From: the human T2T-CHM13v2.0 reference genome, Homo sapiens
Assembly: GCF_009914755.1 (NCBI RefSeq)
Contig: NC_060930.1
Reading direction: 5' to 3' (one strand)
Length of the DNA: 64,000 nucleotides
Shown here: one piece after another, positions 28,545 to 42,420 of the stretch
Layout: each line of letters opens with the position of its first letter
Numbering within the stretch: the first letter of the stretch is position 1
The notes under the pieces: generated by a model
Database searches by the model: none
The model's input: the letters and a program-made list of their open reading frames with translations, nothing else
Told to the model about the DNA's origin: nothing
Made by a program: the position numbers and the translations under genes

Positions 28545-29129
28545 CTCTCGACAGTGACTTTGCTTCAATAACCTGTTTCTCCTGCCTGCTACTGAGGCCA
28601 TTACCACTTTATATCTTCGGAGAGAAGCAGTGAAGCCCATGAATGTAGCTTGGTTTCTCCTGGATCTCACAAGAACAGACTGACAGATCTGGTCCTAGAA
28701 TCCTAGTCTAGGAAGGAATTTGGAAAAAAAATTTCTCATTCATCAGCCTGTCTCTATGCCAGTAAATATGTAAGCCCTCCAAGATAGCAAGTATGGCCAA
28801 TGCTATTCCCAAATATCTCCAAGGATAAAAATCATTAAGTGTTCCTTGTTATCTACTTCCAATGTCTAGTCAATATATAGGCCTTTTAAAAAAATAACCA
28901 AACTCCTTCTATTTATAATATAAGTCTACTTATTCTTGAATAATCTTGTCAAGAAATCCTCAATCTTAGATCATTCTGGTTATTGTTTGTATACACAAAG
29001 ACGCTTTAAATCATTGTCATATTCATAAAGACACATTAAATCATTGTCTATTCTTCTCTCTTAAGCTAAACAATTCTGACCCCTTAAACAATATCTTTTA
29101 ATTCCGAATGATCCCAGTGGTTTCCTAAG

Positions 29130-29320
29130 CTTTTGTCTGCATTATCTCATTAATCCATAGAGTAACCCTAAGAAGTAGAAGCTGCTACTTTACCCCATTT
29201 TATACATGAAGAAACTGAGGTTCAGTAAGTTAAACAACTGACCTTGGTTATGGAGCTTAGAAATGACTGGGCCAAAATTCATAAGCAGAGAGTCTCTACC
29301 TTTGCTATTATGTATCTAAC
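29130..29320 (-). mobile_element. MIR
   Basis: ccccattttatacatgaagaaactgaggttcag. Confidence 0.8.
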
Positions 29321-29351
29321 TATACAGCCAGCATTTAATTTATTCCAAATC

Positions 29352-29660
29352 TTTTTTTTTTTTTTTTTTTGAGATTGAGTCTCACTCTGTCATGTAAGTT
29401 GGAGTGCAGTGGCACCATCTTGGCTTACTGCAATGGACGCCTCCTGAGTTCAAGTGATTCTACTGCCTCAGCCTCCCAAGTAGCTGGGATTACAGGCACG
29501 CGCCACCAAGCCCGGCTGATTTTTGTATTTTTAGTAGATATGTGGTTTAGCCATGTTGGCCAGGCTGGTCTTGAACCCCGGACCTCAGGTTATCCCTTAT
29601 CCCCCTGTCTCGCCCTCCCAAAGTGCTGGGATTACAGGCATGAGCCACTACACCTAGCCT
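29352..29660 (-). mobile_element. Alu (AluSx-like)
   Basis: Dimer; TSD ttattccaaatctt. Confidence 0.96.
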
Positions 29661-30361
29661 TATTCCAAATCTTGATGAAGTAATGGTTTCATATTTTTCT
29701 TAGTGTAGGAAATTCAATGGTAAGTTATATGCTTTAAATGTCCTACAAATAACTGCATACAGAAGAATAATTATATAAATTAAAATGTTCATGGAAAAGG
29801 ACATATTTAATAAACTAGATGTTTAAAGGGATAATTTTAAAAACAATCTCCATATAATCATAACATAAGGATCCAAATGACACCAAAACAAGGAGAAACT
29901 AGAAGATGGACACAAAGGCAGCAAACAGATCGGTTAGAACTGATGACTATTTAATATAATGGATCTCGCCAGGGTGATTCTTCTTGTTATCTCTTTGTTA
30001 TCTGACCTGGGCTCACACCTTAATGTCTTCATGTTTCCACAATGTCCAGGCGTTTCCCTTTTTGGGGATATGGATGAAGCAAGAATGGGACCAGCAGTGC
30101 CAACTCTTGGGCGTCCTCTTGGGCTCGAACTGTGTTCCCTGGAAAACCACGGCCTCCTGAAGACAGCCCCTACATACACTACATCAGCCCACATCTGCTC
30201 AGGCCCCAGTACAGGTGGACAATTCTCTACTCAGGGTATGAGCCCTGTTCAAGGAGCTAAGAGAAGGAGGGTGGTTTGGCTGCCTTTAGAGGGGGAAGAG
30301 TTTGGCTGAGAGGACATTTACTCTTTGGTCCATATGGGAAGGGAAAATGCGGGTTGGCGTG

Positions 30362-30842
30362 TGTATTCATTTCCTAGAGTTGCTGTAACAAAGTACCACA
30401 AACTACATGACATAAAACAATATCAATTTGCTCTCTGATGGTTCTGGAGTCTTGAAGTCCCAAATCAAGGTGTTGGTGGGGCCACGCTCCTTTTGCAGGC
30501 TCTAGGGAAGAACCTTCTTGTGTCTTCCAGCTTCTGGCAGCAGTTGGCAATCCTTGGTGTTAACTGGGCTCAAAAATGCATCACTCCAATCTCTGACCCC
30601 GTCATCCCATGGCTGTCTCTCTCTATGTGTTCACATTATCTTTCCTTTGTCCAGGTCAGTCTCTGGGGCTCTTCTCTTCTTATAAAGTCACCAGTCAAAT
30701 TATATTAGGACCTAACCTAACGACCTTGTTTTAACTTGACTATATCTATAAAGACGCTATTTCCAAATAAAGTCACATTCACAAGTACTGGATGTTAGAA
30801 TGTCAACATATCTTTTGGGAGAACACAATTCAACCCATGTCA
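30362..30842. mobile_element. MLT1 (B/C/D-type) solo LTR
   Basis: TG...CA ends; gttgctgtaacaaagtaccacaaact; ctatttccaaataaagtcacattc; TSD g(c/t)gtg. Confidence 0.88.
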
Positions 30843-30970
30843 GTGTGTAAAATTTACTCCATGGCTCTGGAATGATGGTTTTGAGGAGCTATCAGATCTG
30901 CATCATCTCTCCCAGGACTGTAACAGAGCATGCATTTACTCACCAGATGTGTTAAAACTCCATTTAGTAG

Positions 30971-31276
30971 GGCCGGGTGTGGTGGCTCACGCCTGTAATC
31001 CCAGCACTTTGGGAGGCCGAGGCAGGTGGATCATTTGAGGTCAGGAGTTTGAGACTAGCCTGGCCAATATGGTGAAACCCCGTCTCTAATAAAAATACAA
31101 AAATTAGTCGGGTGTGGTAGCACGCGCCTGTAATCCCAGCTATTCAGGAGACTGGGGCAGGAGAATCGCTTGAGCCTGGGAAGCAGAGGTTGCGGTGAGC
31201 CAAGATCATGCCACTACACTCCAGTCTAGGTGACAGAATGAGATCCTCTCTCAAAAAAAAAAACAACAAAAAAAAA
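30971..31276 (+). mobile_element. Alu (AluSx-like)
   Basis: Full dimer with poly-A. Confidence 0.97.
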
Positions 31277-31359
31277 CTTTAATGAGCACTTACCAGCTAA
31301 TAACCGGGTACACGTTTGTACTGCACTATAAGAGATTGCTCAAGATGTACAAGACCCTG

Positions 31360-31550
31360 TCTCTATTTTCAATCCCAGCTCTATCCCTCACCAGGTCATG
31401 TACCATCAACTCTCTGTGCCTCACTTTCTCTATCTTTAAAATGGGGATAGCTGTGGCACTTTCTTCATATGGTTGCTGTGAGGATTAAATGAGATAATAG
31501 ACACTGTGGGGGGCCATAGCAAAGCTCAATAAATATTACCAGTTGCTATT
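31360..31550 (+). mobile_element. MIR
   Basis: ctctctgtgcctcactttctctatctttaaaatggggata...gtgaggattaaatgagataat. Confidence 0.85.
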
Positions 31551-31649
31551 ACTATATTCTAAGAGCCTATAATTTAATGTGTGAACCAAACACCTCCACG
31601 GTGTGAAGAACAAACAAGGACCAAAAGTATGATGTAACTTATACACTGA

Positions 31650-31973
<324 letters not shown>

Positions 31974-32045
31974 TAACAAAGAAGTTCAGACAAAGAAAAT
32001 AGCATCTCAGACAGTGACATAGTATGTTATTTATGGTATGCCCAC

Positions 32046-32086
32046 GTGTGTGTGTGTGTGTGTGTATGTGTGTATGTAAATGTATG
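32046..32086 (+). repeat. (TG)n microsatellite
   Basis: Direct observation. Confidence 0.9.
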
Positions 32087-33513
32087 TTTTGGGGTTTTGG
32101 GGTAGTGTGGTAGGGGAGCAGTAACCTGGAGGAAGGGATTCTTTCCTGAGACTCATGAAGAACCTAGGGCCCTTTCTTTCTTATTGTATTTCCATCTAAC
32201 CACATGGTTTTTGCAAAGCCCCAAGGACTAGCTGGGTTCTGTGTTTGGCCCTTCACTCGTGGGAGCTGTGAGCCTGTGTGCATGCAAGCATAGACTCCTG
32301 AAAAATCTGTTAGTCCTGTGCATTGAACCGGGCAGTCATCTCATGGCTGGGAGGTATGTTTTCTCATTTTGTCTGAAACCTAATGTTCTCACAACCTACT
32401 CAAACTCCCTGCTCACCTAGAGCTTTTGATCAAGGCTACTGCCTAATGATTTCAGCTTGAGTGTCATTAAAAAAAAAAAAACAGATAATCTTGTTGCCCT
32501 CTTGAAGATATATACATATTTGCAACAAACAATGAGTGTTGATATAGCACCAAAACAAACAAAATCCATCCAAATCCCTTATGTTACTTTAGGATTTTAG
32601 GAAGAGTCTCATTTTTCACTTCAAAGTAGTCTAAAGTAATTTTCCACAGCTAGAATTTCTTTATTCAGAATCAAACATGGATCTGGAGTTGTGCTAGCCA
32701 CCTATCCACTTATCTATACCAGTATAATAATAATTTTAATATTAATTGATTAATCTAGCCTGAGGCACTGAAGTGTCTGCACACAAAATTAGAATGTAAT
32801 TGCAACAATAAAGAAATCAAATGAGATAATTAAAACATAAAAGATGACAAATGCTAACTCAGGAAGTCTTTTGTACGCACTGAAACACTTGCCACTCATT
32901 TATATGGCGTTGTTTGCAGATTGCTAAGGAGAAGGTTCAAGGTAGAATAATTTAAGTGACTGTTTACATCTGAGTGTGTTACACTCACATGAGGATTGAT
33001 GGCAATACAATTTTAGATCCAAGCACATGTTCCATAGGATATTGTTTTGGTGCATTAATGCACTTTTCACATTTTTCCTAAAGCAACAAACTTGAAGAAA
33101 TAGCATCTATAGGAAATGCGGCAGCAGGAGGACAAGGCAGGAGACTGCAAGCAGGTCAAGAATTAGCTCCTTTGAGATTTAGGCATGTAATTTGCATTCA
33201 CAAAATTAAAAAGAAGGCAAAAAGACAGTTGTGGTAAGTCTTGAGTAACCCAAAACAGAACAAATTGGCTGCAGTTTCGAGGGCCACTGGAGGCCTGGGA
33301 TGACTTTTTGCCCTAGACTTAACTTCCTTTCAGTCTTTTTTCTCATTGACTATTTTTTTAAAGTGTCTGAGGATGAGTCACATCAGAGCCAATGTATTTC
33401 CAAGTTTCCAAAACTTAAGATTTCTGTTCTTTGTTTATCATTTAAGGAACAGTTTCAGGCCCCGGTCTTATTTTCTCAAATATCTTATTCAGCCTATGCA
33501 GTCTCTTACTCCC

Positions 33514-33683
33514 ACAGAGCCAGGAATAAAATGAGATTAAGACTTCACTGATCTAACCGATTTCAGGTCTTTTTTTCTGCCCAGCCACCTTTCTGTGTTA
33601 GGCTAGCTGCATGGAATCATAGGGGTGCATAAACACGTGGTCACCTTCAGCAACAGAACCACACAAAGACAATAATAAAAATG
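33514..33683 (+). repeat. Copy A of a local ~170-bp duplication
   Basis: Aligns to 34725-34891; 27-nt perfect core tgttaggctagctgcatggaatcatag. Confidence 0.93.
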
Positions 33684-33724
33684 GCCACAACCACACTGCC
33701 ACCATCTCAAAGGAAGGCCCTTGA

Positions 33725-34140
<416 letters not shown>

Positions 34141-34239
34141 AACCTGTATGAATTGCTTTATGTTAATATTCTTTAAATAGACTGATGAACTTAAATTTTA
34201 TGAAAACACAATGCAATGCAAAAGATAAAACAGAATCCT

Positions 34240-34724
<485 letters not shown>

Positions 34725-34891
34725 ACAGAGCCAGGAAAAAATGAGATTTGCCTTCACCAAGCTAATTGATTCCAGGTCTTCTTTCTGCCCAGCCACCTCT
34801 CTATGTTAGGCTAGCTGCATGGAATCATAGAGGAGCACAAACCCGTGCACACCATCAGCAATAGCACCACACGATGACAATAATAACAATG
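34725..34891 (+). repeat. Copy B of a local ~170-bp duplication
   Basis: Aligns to 33514-33683. Confidence 0.93.
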
Positions 34892-34954
34892 ACAATAACA
34901 CGGCATGGCCCCATCTGGTTTTTCAACACCAAGCCCTATCTGGTGTTTCTAGTT

Positions 34955-35458
34955 TTTATTTTTTGGAACAGCTAAAATAAGGTATAATTTGGTATATAAT
35001 AAACTTCACATATTTCAGGCATATAATTTGAAAGCTTTTAACATATATATACACCCATGAAACCATCACAATCAAGATAATGAACATATCCCTCACTCCC
35101 AAAAGCTTCCTCCTGCTTCTTTTTCATCCCCTCCCCAGACTCCCATCTCCAAGCAACAAGGATCTGCATTCTGTTGCTATCGACTAGCCTACATTTTCTA
35201 CAATTTTATGTAAACGGAACACTAAAGGATGAACTTTTTTTTTTGTTTGGCTTCTTTCACTTGGCCTAATTATTTTCTGATTTATTCACGTTGTTGCAGA
35301 TCTCAACAGTTCATGCGTTTTTAATCACTGAGTAGTGTTTCATTGTATGGATATACCACAATTTGTCCATTTACCTGTTAATGAACAGCGGGGAAGTTTC
35401 CAGTTTTTGACTATTACAAATTAAGCTGCTATGAACAGTCACATACAAATCTTGGTAT
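34955..35458 (-). mobile_element. L1M (MB/ME-type) 3' fragment
   Basis: atatacacccatgaaaccatcacaatcaagataatgaacatatcc; ttcattgtatggatataccacaatttg. Confidence 0.88.
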
Positions 35459-37084
35459 CAAGCCCATACTCTTAATTATTACATAATACAGCTTTTCTGA
35501 ACAAAGATAAACCTAGGACATATAGATGCTGTATTGTGTGGCAAAATCATGCTGAACCAGAACTGAGACTGCTGGATTCCAGATGCTGTCCCCTAGTCTA
35601 AGAATAATGAGTAACCATTGGAAAATACAATGGTAAAGCCTTTAATTTAGATGTCACTTGGTCTCTCCATAATCGAAGGAGAGATTGCCTTAGGTAACTG
35701 ATGCCTTAGGTAGGTGGTGCCTTAGCATCAGTTAATTCAGTACATTTGCTTGATATAAAACTTGAACAATCAACAAGAAGCAGTTTGGCATAGGAGGAAA
35801 AGTTCTGGACTGGATGTCAGAAAACCTGGATTTGAGCCCACCTAACATAGAAATCCCTGGTTTGTACTCTGTCTCCCACATTTAACAAGAGTGTGACTGT
35901 TAACCAGTCACTTCTCGTATCTAGAACTCTTTCCTCATCAGTCAAAATCCCAGCCAAGTCTAAGGCTGACGCATAGCTCATACTAATTGGAGAAAAGCAG
36001 TAGATTATACAAGTAGCTGTATATTCATGACATTCACACCATTCCACTCTTCTTTATTGATGTGGAATTCTACATCTCAGAGCTGCAAGCAACCTAAGTG
36101 AGCATAAAAGAGAACCGAGACCCCAGGAGCTAGGGGGGGCCAGAGGTGCCCCACTAGTCACTGGCAGAGGTGGGCTCAAATCCAGGTTTTCTGACATCCA
36201 GTCCAGAACTTTACCTCCAATGCCAAACTGTTTCTTGTTGATTGTTCAAGTTTTATAGCCAGCAAATGTACTGAATTAATTGAGTGCATTTTTTCCACTT
36301 TATAATGAATTTGGGTGGCAGTCACCTGTCTCAGAATGTTTACTATACAATTTGTGATCAAATCCCAGATGCTTCTGTCCTCAGGACCCAGAGTAACACC
36401 TTGCCAGCTAGGTAAATGCGGCAAGAAAGGAAACACTTTTGGGGAGAGAAGCTGTAATAAGAGAGACAAATACATGATTCATTTCCCCCCTGCTGTTAGT
36501 TTAAGATATAATTACCCAAACTTTAAAAATAAAACCTGAACACCATCACAGCCTCTGCGACACAATGGCAAAAGCACACCCTCTTGCAACAGCACCAATC
36601 ACATATTTAACAACTGCTGTTTTAGGTTTAAGCTAATTAGGGAATGATTTTTGGTACATGTATTCCTATTGCAATTAAATAACTCATGGTGTGGGATGGC
36701 ATTGTGAAGTCTTCTTAAAACTGCTTTTCAGCTTTTTGTGTTAAAAGATGAATTTCATATATATAACATGGTTGTAAGGGGTTTGTGTTTTAACTCATGA
36801 GAGCCTGCATATGTTGGTTTAGGGTTACTTTTCTTTAGGGCAAATTCAGCAACAGGGTAAGAGGCTGGAAGAGTTTCTATTTAGAATGGTGAAATATTCA
36901 GTGGAGATAAAATTGCTTTATGATGTTTGCCCCAGAAGTCAGTTGAGAATTCGTAATAGATGAAAAGCCTTGACTTTAAGGAGGTGGAAGTCCTCATGGA
37001 ACTTTTTGCTAGGAAGTTGCTCAGAAGTGATGGAAATATACATTCTCGCCTCTGTGTGTCATGTCCTACATACATCTCATCCTG

Positions 37085-37586
37085 GCTTTGACATGGGTAA
37101 AGCAAGCAGGTTGGAGATTTTTATGTTGATCTTCACGTTTAATGACTCTCTGAGTGCTGTGCTGCTCATCTGTGCCATCTACGTTTCTCAGCCTCCCATT
37201 AGTGGGACTATTTTAATGTTTGAACACACTTGTCCCTTAATATGTATCATTTGGACAGAGACGCTTACTATCTGTTCATGACGGATGCTAAGACAGAAAA
37301 ATCGGGACAGACAGAAATGATTCTTACTACTGTCACCCCATGTAGCAATGGCTTCAAGGTGTCTGTATAGATTGTCCTTAGTAATTACAATATTATTGGA
37401 AGGAGAGCCTGGGGGCTTGGCCTTAAAGAGGTGCTTGCAGAGTAAGCATATGATTTTCACTTGGCCGTTATGTTTCCTGGGCTTTTTATGGCATCAATCT
37501 CATATGAGCAATCCTTTTCTACCTACCAGTGAGGCTCAGGGTCAAGGGCACTCCACTCACCTTTGTAGTTCACCTACAGAAAACCC
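37085..37586. other. Copy 1 of an ancient duplicated element (paralog of 52688-53290)
   Basis: Ungapped blocks: 37350-37445 vs 52922-53017 (69/96), 37217-37261 vs 52807-52851 (37/45), gatgctaagacag 13/13, gctttgacatgg 12/12. Confidence 0.85.
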
Positions 37587-38932
37587 TTGAGTCCCAATAC
37601 GTTTGGGTAAACTTTCTTCAGCTGGTGAAAGGCTAAACCAGACCAGCAGTAAAGTCCTCTTTAAGAAGTATCCTCAGAGTCGTAGCAAATTACTGACAGG
37701 TACTTGATATTTAACCTACATCACATATTCTGTGTCACATCTGGTGCTTGGCCCACTGCAGTTGTGGCACTCTTTATGGCCATTTGTTATGGCATAAATC
37801 ACCTCTGTAAAATGATGAAGGGTCTTTCTTACAAGTCATAACTGTGAAGAGAAGCAAGCAGAAAACCACAGTAGTACCAGGCTGATTGTAAGTAAAGAAG
37901 AGGTGGAGGGGCCTCATCACTCAGCACATTGCTCTAAGACCTTTCCTCAGCAGGGAGAGTTCGTGACCGGATGTCACTACCTCTCACTCGCCACTTCCTG
38001 CCTCTCCACTTGAATCTGCTCCTACCTTCAGTAAGTAGGAGCCAAACGTCCTTGAAGTGTAGCATTGGGGTTCTGGGAAGCTGCAGAGTTGTGAATTATG
38101 GGTGTACGTCAGGACAGGCGAGCCTCGAAGCAGCATGAGTCAGGGATACAGCATAGTCAGAGCCCAGGGCAGATTCTCAGCCAGAAGCAAGCATACAAGC
38201 AAAAGTATATGCAACCTGATGTTTGTAACGCTGAAGGCTTGCACTGGCATAGAAAAATATGTAAAGTGAACTCAAAGGTCATTATATGGGGCTTGCAATC
38301 AAAACATCATGAGTGGACCTGAATTAACTAAAATGCATTTTCTAATACAGACAGAGAGTTCTTTGATATTTCCTTTTGGAGAAGCTCCTCCCCAAGGTAT
38401 GAAACACTTTGAGCAGGAGATAAATGGCTCATCAATTCCCCCATTCTGCCAGCAACTGACCTCATCCAGAGTGGGATTAAAGGAAAAGTACCCATAAGAA
38501 AATCTCTGCCTACATTCATTGACATTGAGTTTCCAATGCCACATCCCATCTTTTGCCCACCCTTGAGGAAACAGAATATTCCAACAGACATGCAACAACA
38601 AAAAAAGAAGGAAAAAAGAGAAAAAATTGATAATCCTCAAAATGATCTGAGTCATTTCCCATTAAATATGTCATTATTTCCATATGATTATGTGCCTTTT
38701 AGTGTGCCTAGCACTGTGCTACTTAAACACCACAGGGATATCAAGTAGTAGAAACACAATACAAGCTAATACTTTTTGAGTATTTATTGCCAAGTGATAT
38801 ACTACACTTTTGAAATACCCTGCCCTGTTTAAAGTAACCACAACTTCATGTTGTAGTTAGAGCTAGTTCTTTCTTTTACACGTGATGAAACTAAGTCTTA
38901 GGAGTCAAACAACTAGTTTAAAGTCACACAGT

Positions 38933-39098
38933 GGCCAGGTGCAGTGGTTTACACCTGTAATCCCAGTCACTTGGGAGGCCGAGACAGGAGAATCGCTTGA
39001 ACCCAGGAGGCGGCAGGTTCAGTGAGCCGAGATCATACCACTGCACTCCAGCCTGGGCGACAGAACGAGATCCTGTCTCAAATAAATAAATGTAAATA
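38933..39098 (+). mobile_element. Monomeric Alu (left-arm head fused to right arm, or FRAM-like) inside a MIR
   Basis: ggccaggtgcagtgg...ttgggaggccgagacaggagaatcgcttgaacc; approximate TSD aa(a/g)gtcaca. Confidence 0.88.
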
Positions 39099-39382
39099 AG
39101 GTCACAATGATACATGACAAGCCTGGGATTGGAATTCATACAGTCCAACTCCAATGCCCTAGTGTTTGACAATGCAGTTCCACTGAAGAAAGTAGCTTAT
39201 GAGCTAGTGGAGAAATGAATCATACAAGTCAATCTTCCTGACCGATGCTGATACGAGCACACATATCCCAAAGCTCCATAGCTCTTTCACCCAGGCATTT
39301 CAGCAGGTATAGATCTGCCCTACCAACCACATTCAATCTTTGCAGAATCCTGGTAATATTCAATAGAAAAGTATTATTCATT

Positions 39383-39965
39383 CCTCAATAGGTTAAACAT
39401 AGAATTACCATATGACCCAGCAATTCCACTCCTAGACAGATATCCTAAAGAATTAGAAACAGATGTTCAAACAAAAACTTGTACAGGAATGTTCATAGCA
39501 GCGTTACTCACAATAGCCAAAAGGTAGAAACACCCACAAATGTTCATCAATGAACAAAGTGTGGACAAACAATATGTGGCATATCCATATAATGAAATAT
39601 TATTCAGCCATAGAAAGAAAGAAAGTACTGACATGTGTACTTTATGGATGAACCTTGAAAATACTATGCCAAGAGAAAGAAGCCACATATGTCTGATTCC
39701 ATTTACATGAAATGTCCAGAATAGGCAAATTCACAGAGACAGGAGGCAGGTTGGTTTTACCAGGGGGCTAAGGAAAATGGGAGAATGAGGTATGATTGTT
39801 TCTTGCCTACAGGGTTTCCTTTTGGGTTGATGAAAATATTATAGCACTACGTAGTGTCGATGGCTGCACAACACTTTGAATATACTAAATGGCACTGAAT
39901 TCTACACCTTAAAATGGTTACAATAGTGAATTTTACATATGTGTATTCTGCCACAATGGAAAGAA
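39383..39965 (+). mobile_element. L1MB-type 3' end
   Basis: gttaaacatagaattaccatatgacccagcaattccactcctag...atggatgaaccttgaaaa. Confidence 0.93.
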
Positions 39966-41133
39966 AAGGTTGTTATGGACCTGGGATAGTATGATCCATG
40001 TGGCATTTTTAGGGGTTCATAGATGTGTAAGACACATTCTCTATCCTCAAATAATTTAGAAATACACTGATGATGAAATTAAAATGCACGTGTCCTTCTT
40101 GCTTTTATATGAATGGGAAGGTGCCGTTGCTTTGGTGACAAATGGTATATCCAAGTAAGTAATTGCTTCACTGTGGTTGAATTGACACCTGTCAACATGT
40201 AATGATTTATAAAGGTTGTAAAACATTTAGAAATTCATAAGCTCTGAATGGCACATGTAAATTTATTTTATATTTGAGATAATAGTTAAGAATTTATGAT
40301 ATTCTAGATCTGTAGGCCTTGCATCTAGTCTTGGAATTTTCTTGTTTTTGCTGGAACAATAGAAAAATAATGGACAAAAGATGACTCTTCTGCATATTTA
40401 GGTCTCAGGTCATTTTATGGATTATTAACTTTGCCAAACTGCATGTGGGATTAATTGGAAACAATTGCAGTGTTCTTACTACATTGCACCACTTCCTTTT
40501 GTTAATTAAGAGACATTACCCTCTGTTCTACTGATAACAAAAGGGATGACTCTTTTATTACCAGACAGCAGCCATGGAAGGAAAGGCAGGAGGCACAGTG
40601 TGTCTGAGAATTAAGGCAATGATCGAGGGCATGCCATCTCAGTATGGTGGCTACTGAGAGAGACGCTGAGTCCAACTCCTGGGCTGTTAAGTATGCTTAA
40701 TTCTAAGCTTCTAGTTCAATCTGCCCAATTACAATTTGGCCTGTCTGTTTGCTAGTTGACAAAAGCAAGCTGCCTAAAAATGCAAAACATACTAAGGAGG
40801 ATAAAATAACAATGGGGTTGATTAAGAAAATCCCTCACCATCCACAATTACATACCTCTGCTAATCTTTTCATTTAAAAAATAAATTAGAAACAAAATTA
40901 ATACAACATCTATAAGTGCCCTTTAACAGTAAACCTTTTAAAAAATAAACTTCCTTATTCTGACTTTACTGAAAGAGTTGGGAAGTGGGTATGTGTGTAG
41001 CTCTGTGCTTCAAAAGAACATATCTGTCCCCCTAAAATAATTGTTTGATCAGATTACTGTAATGCCCAAGCGTGTTCTGAACACCCACTTTGCAAGCTAG
41101 GTAACGTAGAGAAGACAGAGAAAGTTCCCGTGA

Positions 41134-41487
<354 letters not shown>

Positions 41488-41509
41488 GAGTTAAGATTTC
41501 TTTTACTCC

Positions 41510-41940
41510 CTCAGACATGCCATGCTCTCTCTGGTTTTAGCAGCTTCATACGAGCAGTTGCCCCTGACTACATTCTTCCCCTTTTGCCTCCTTTATTCCC
41601 ATCTGACTAACTCCTACTTCTCTTTTAGGTCCCCATATAAAACCACTTCCTCCAGAAAGCCCTCCCTAATCACTCCCCCAGATTCATTGTCTTTCTGCTA
41701 TGCGCTGCCACAACTGTCTCTGTTTCCCCTATGATAGCTCTTACTGCATTTTGTGGTTATTGCATGTTTACTTATCCACTGTTCAGTCAAAACTGTAAGT
41801 TTCATGAAAGCAGGAATTATGTTCATCTTGCTGTCGAGAATATTTTCTCAGTACATTCTCCAGTGCCTGGCATGGTGCTAAATAAATATTTTCCAAGTCC
41901 ATGAATAAGGACAGATGAAATAAAATGTGAATGAGTGAAG
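41510..41940 (+). mobile_element. L2 3' end
   Basis: ttcctccagaaagccctccctaa...ctgtaagtttcatgaaagcagg...agtgcctggca...aataaatattt. Confidence 0.8.
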
Positions 41941-41956
41941 AAGATTTGAATAAATC

Positions 41957-42389
41957 AGGGATTCCCAGTGTACGGTCATTAAATGCTAATTCTTACGGGT
42001 TTCTAGAAAAAGAGGAATCTGGTGTTTAGGAAACACTGGGTAGCAAAGCCAACCTGATTTACCTGCTGCAGGACTTCTCAGAGCATTTTAAATGCTGAAG
42101 TTCAGCTGGGTACAGTGGCTCATGACTGTAATCCCAGCATTTTGGGAGGCGGAGGCAGGCAGATCACCTGAGGTCAGGAGTTCGAGACCAGCCGAGCCAA
42201 CATGACAAAACCCCAACTTTACTAAAAATACAAAAATTACCCAGGCGTAGTGGTGGGTGCCTGGAGTCCCAGCTACTCAGGAGGTTGAGGCAGGAGAACT
42301 GCTTGAACCCAGGAGGTGGAGGTTGCAGTGGCCAAGATCGTGCCACCGCACTCCAGCCTGGGTAACAGAGCAAGACTCTGTCTCAAAAA

Positions 42390-42420
<31 letters not shown>

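Noticed and set aside
36970-37281. + strand ORF here and at 52719-52952 sharing FEHxCxLxxIIWTE
   Set aside because: Explained by DNA-level paralogy; frameshifted between copies, no splice signals and no third-position bias
37188-37460. Loose resemblance of the copy-1 peptide to RTP (3CxxC) proteins, Ig C1 domains or cytokine-receptor FN3 domains
   Set aside because: Diagnostic Trp/Cys residues of those families are not shared by both copies; similarity is at chance level by eye
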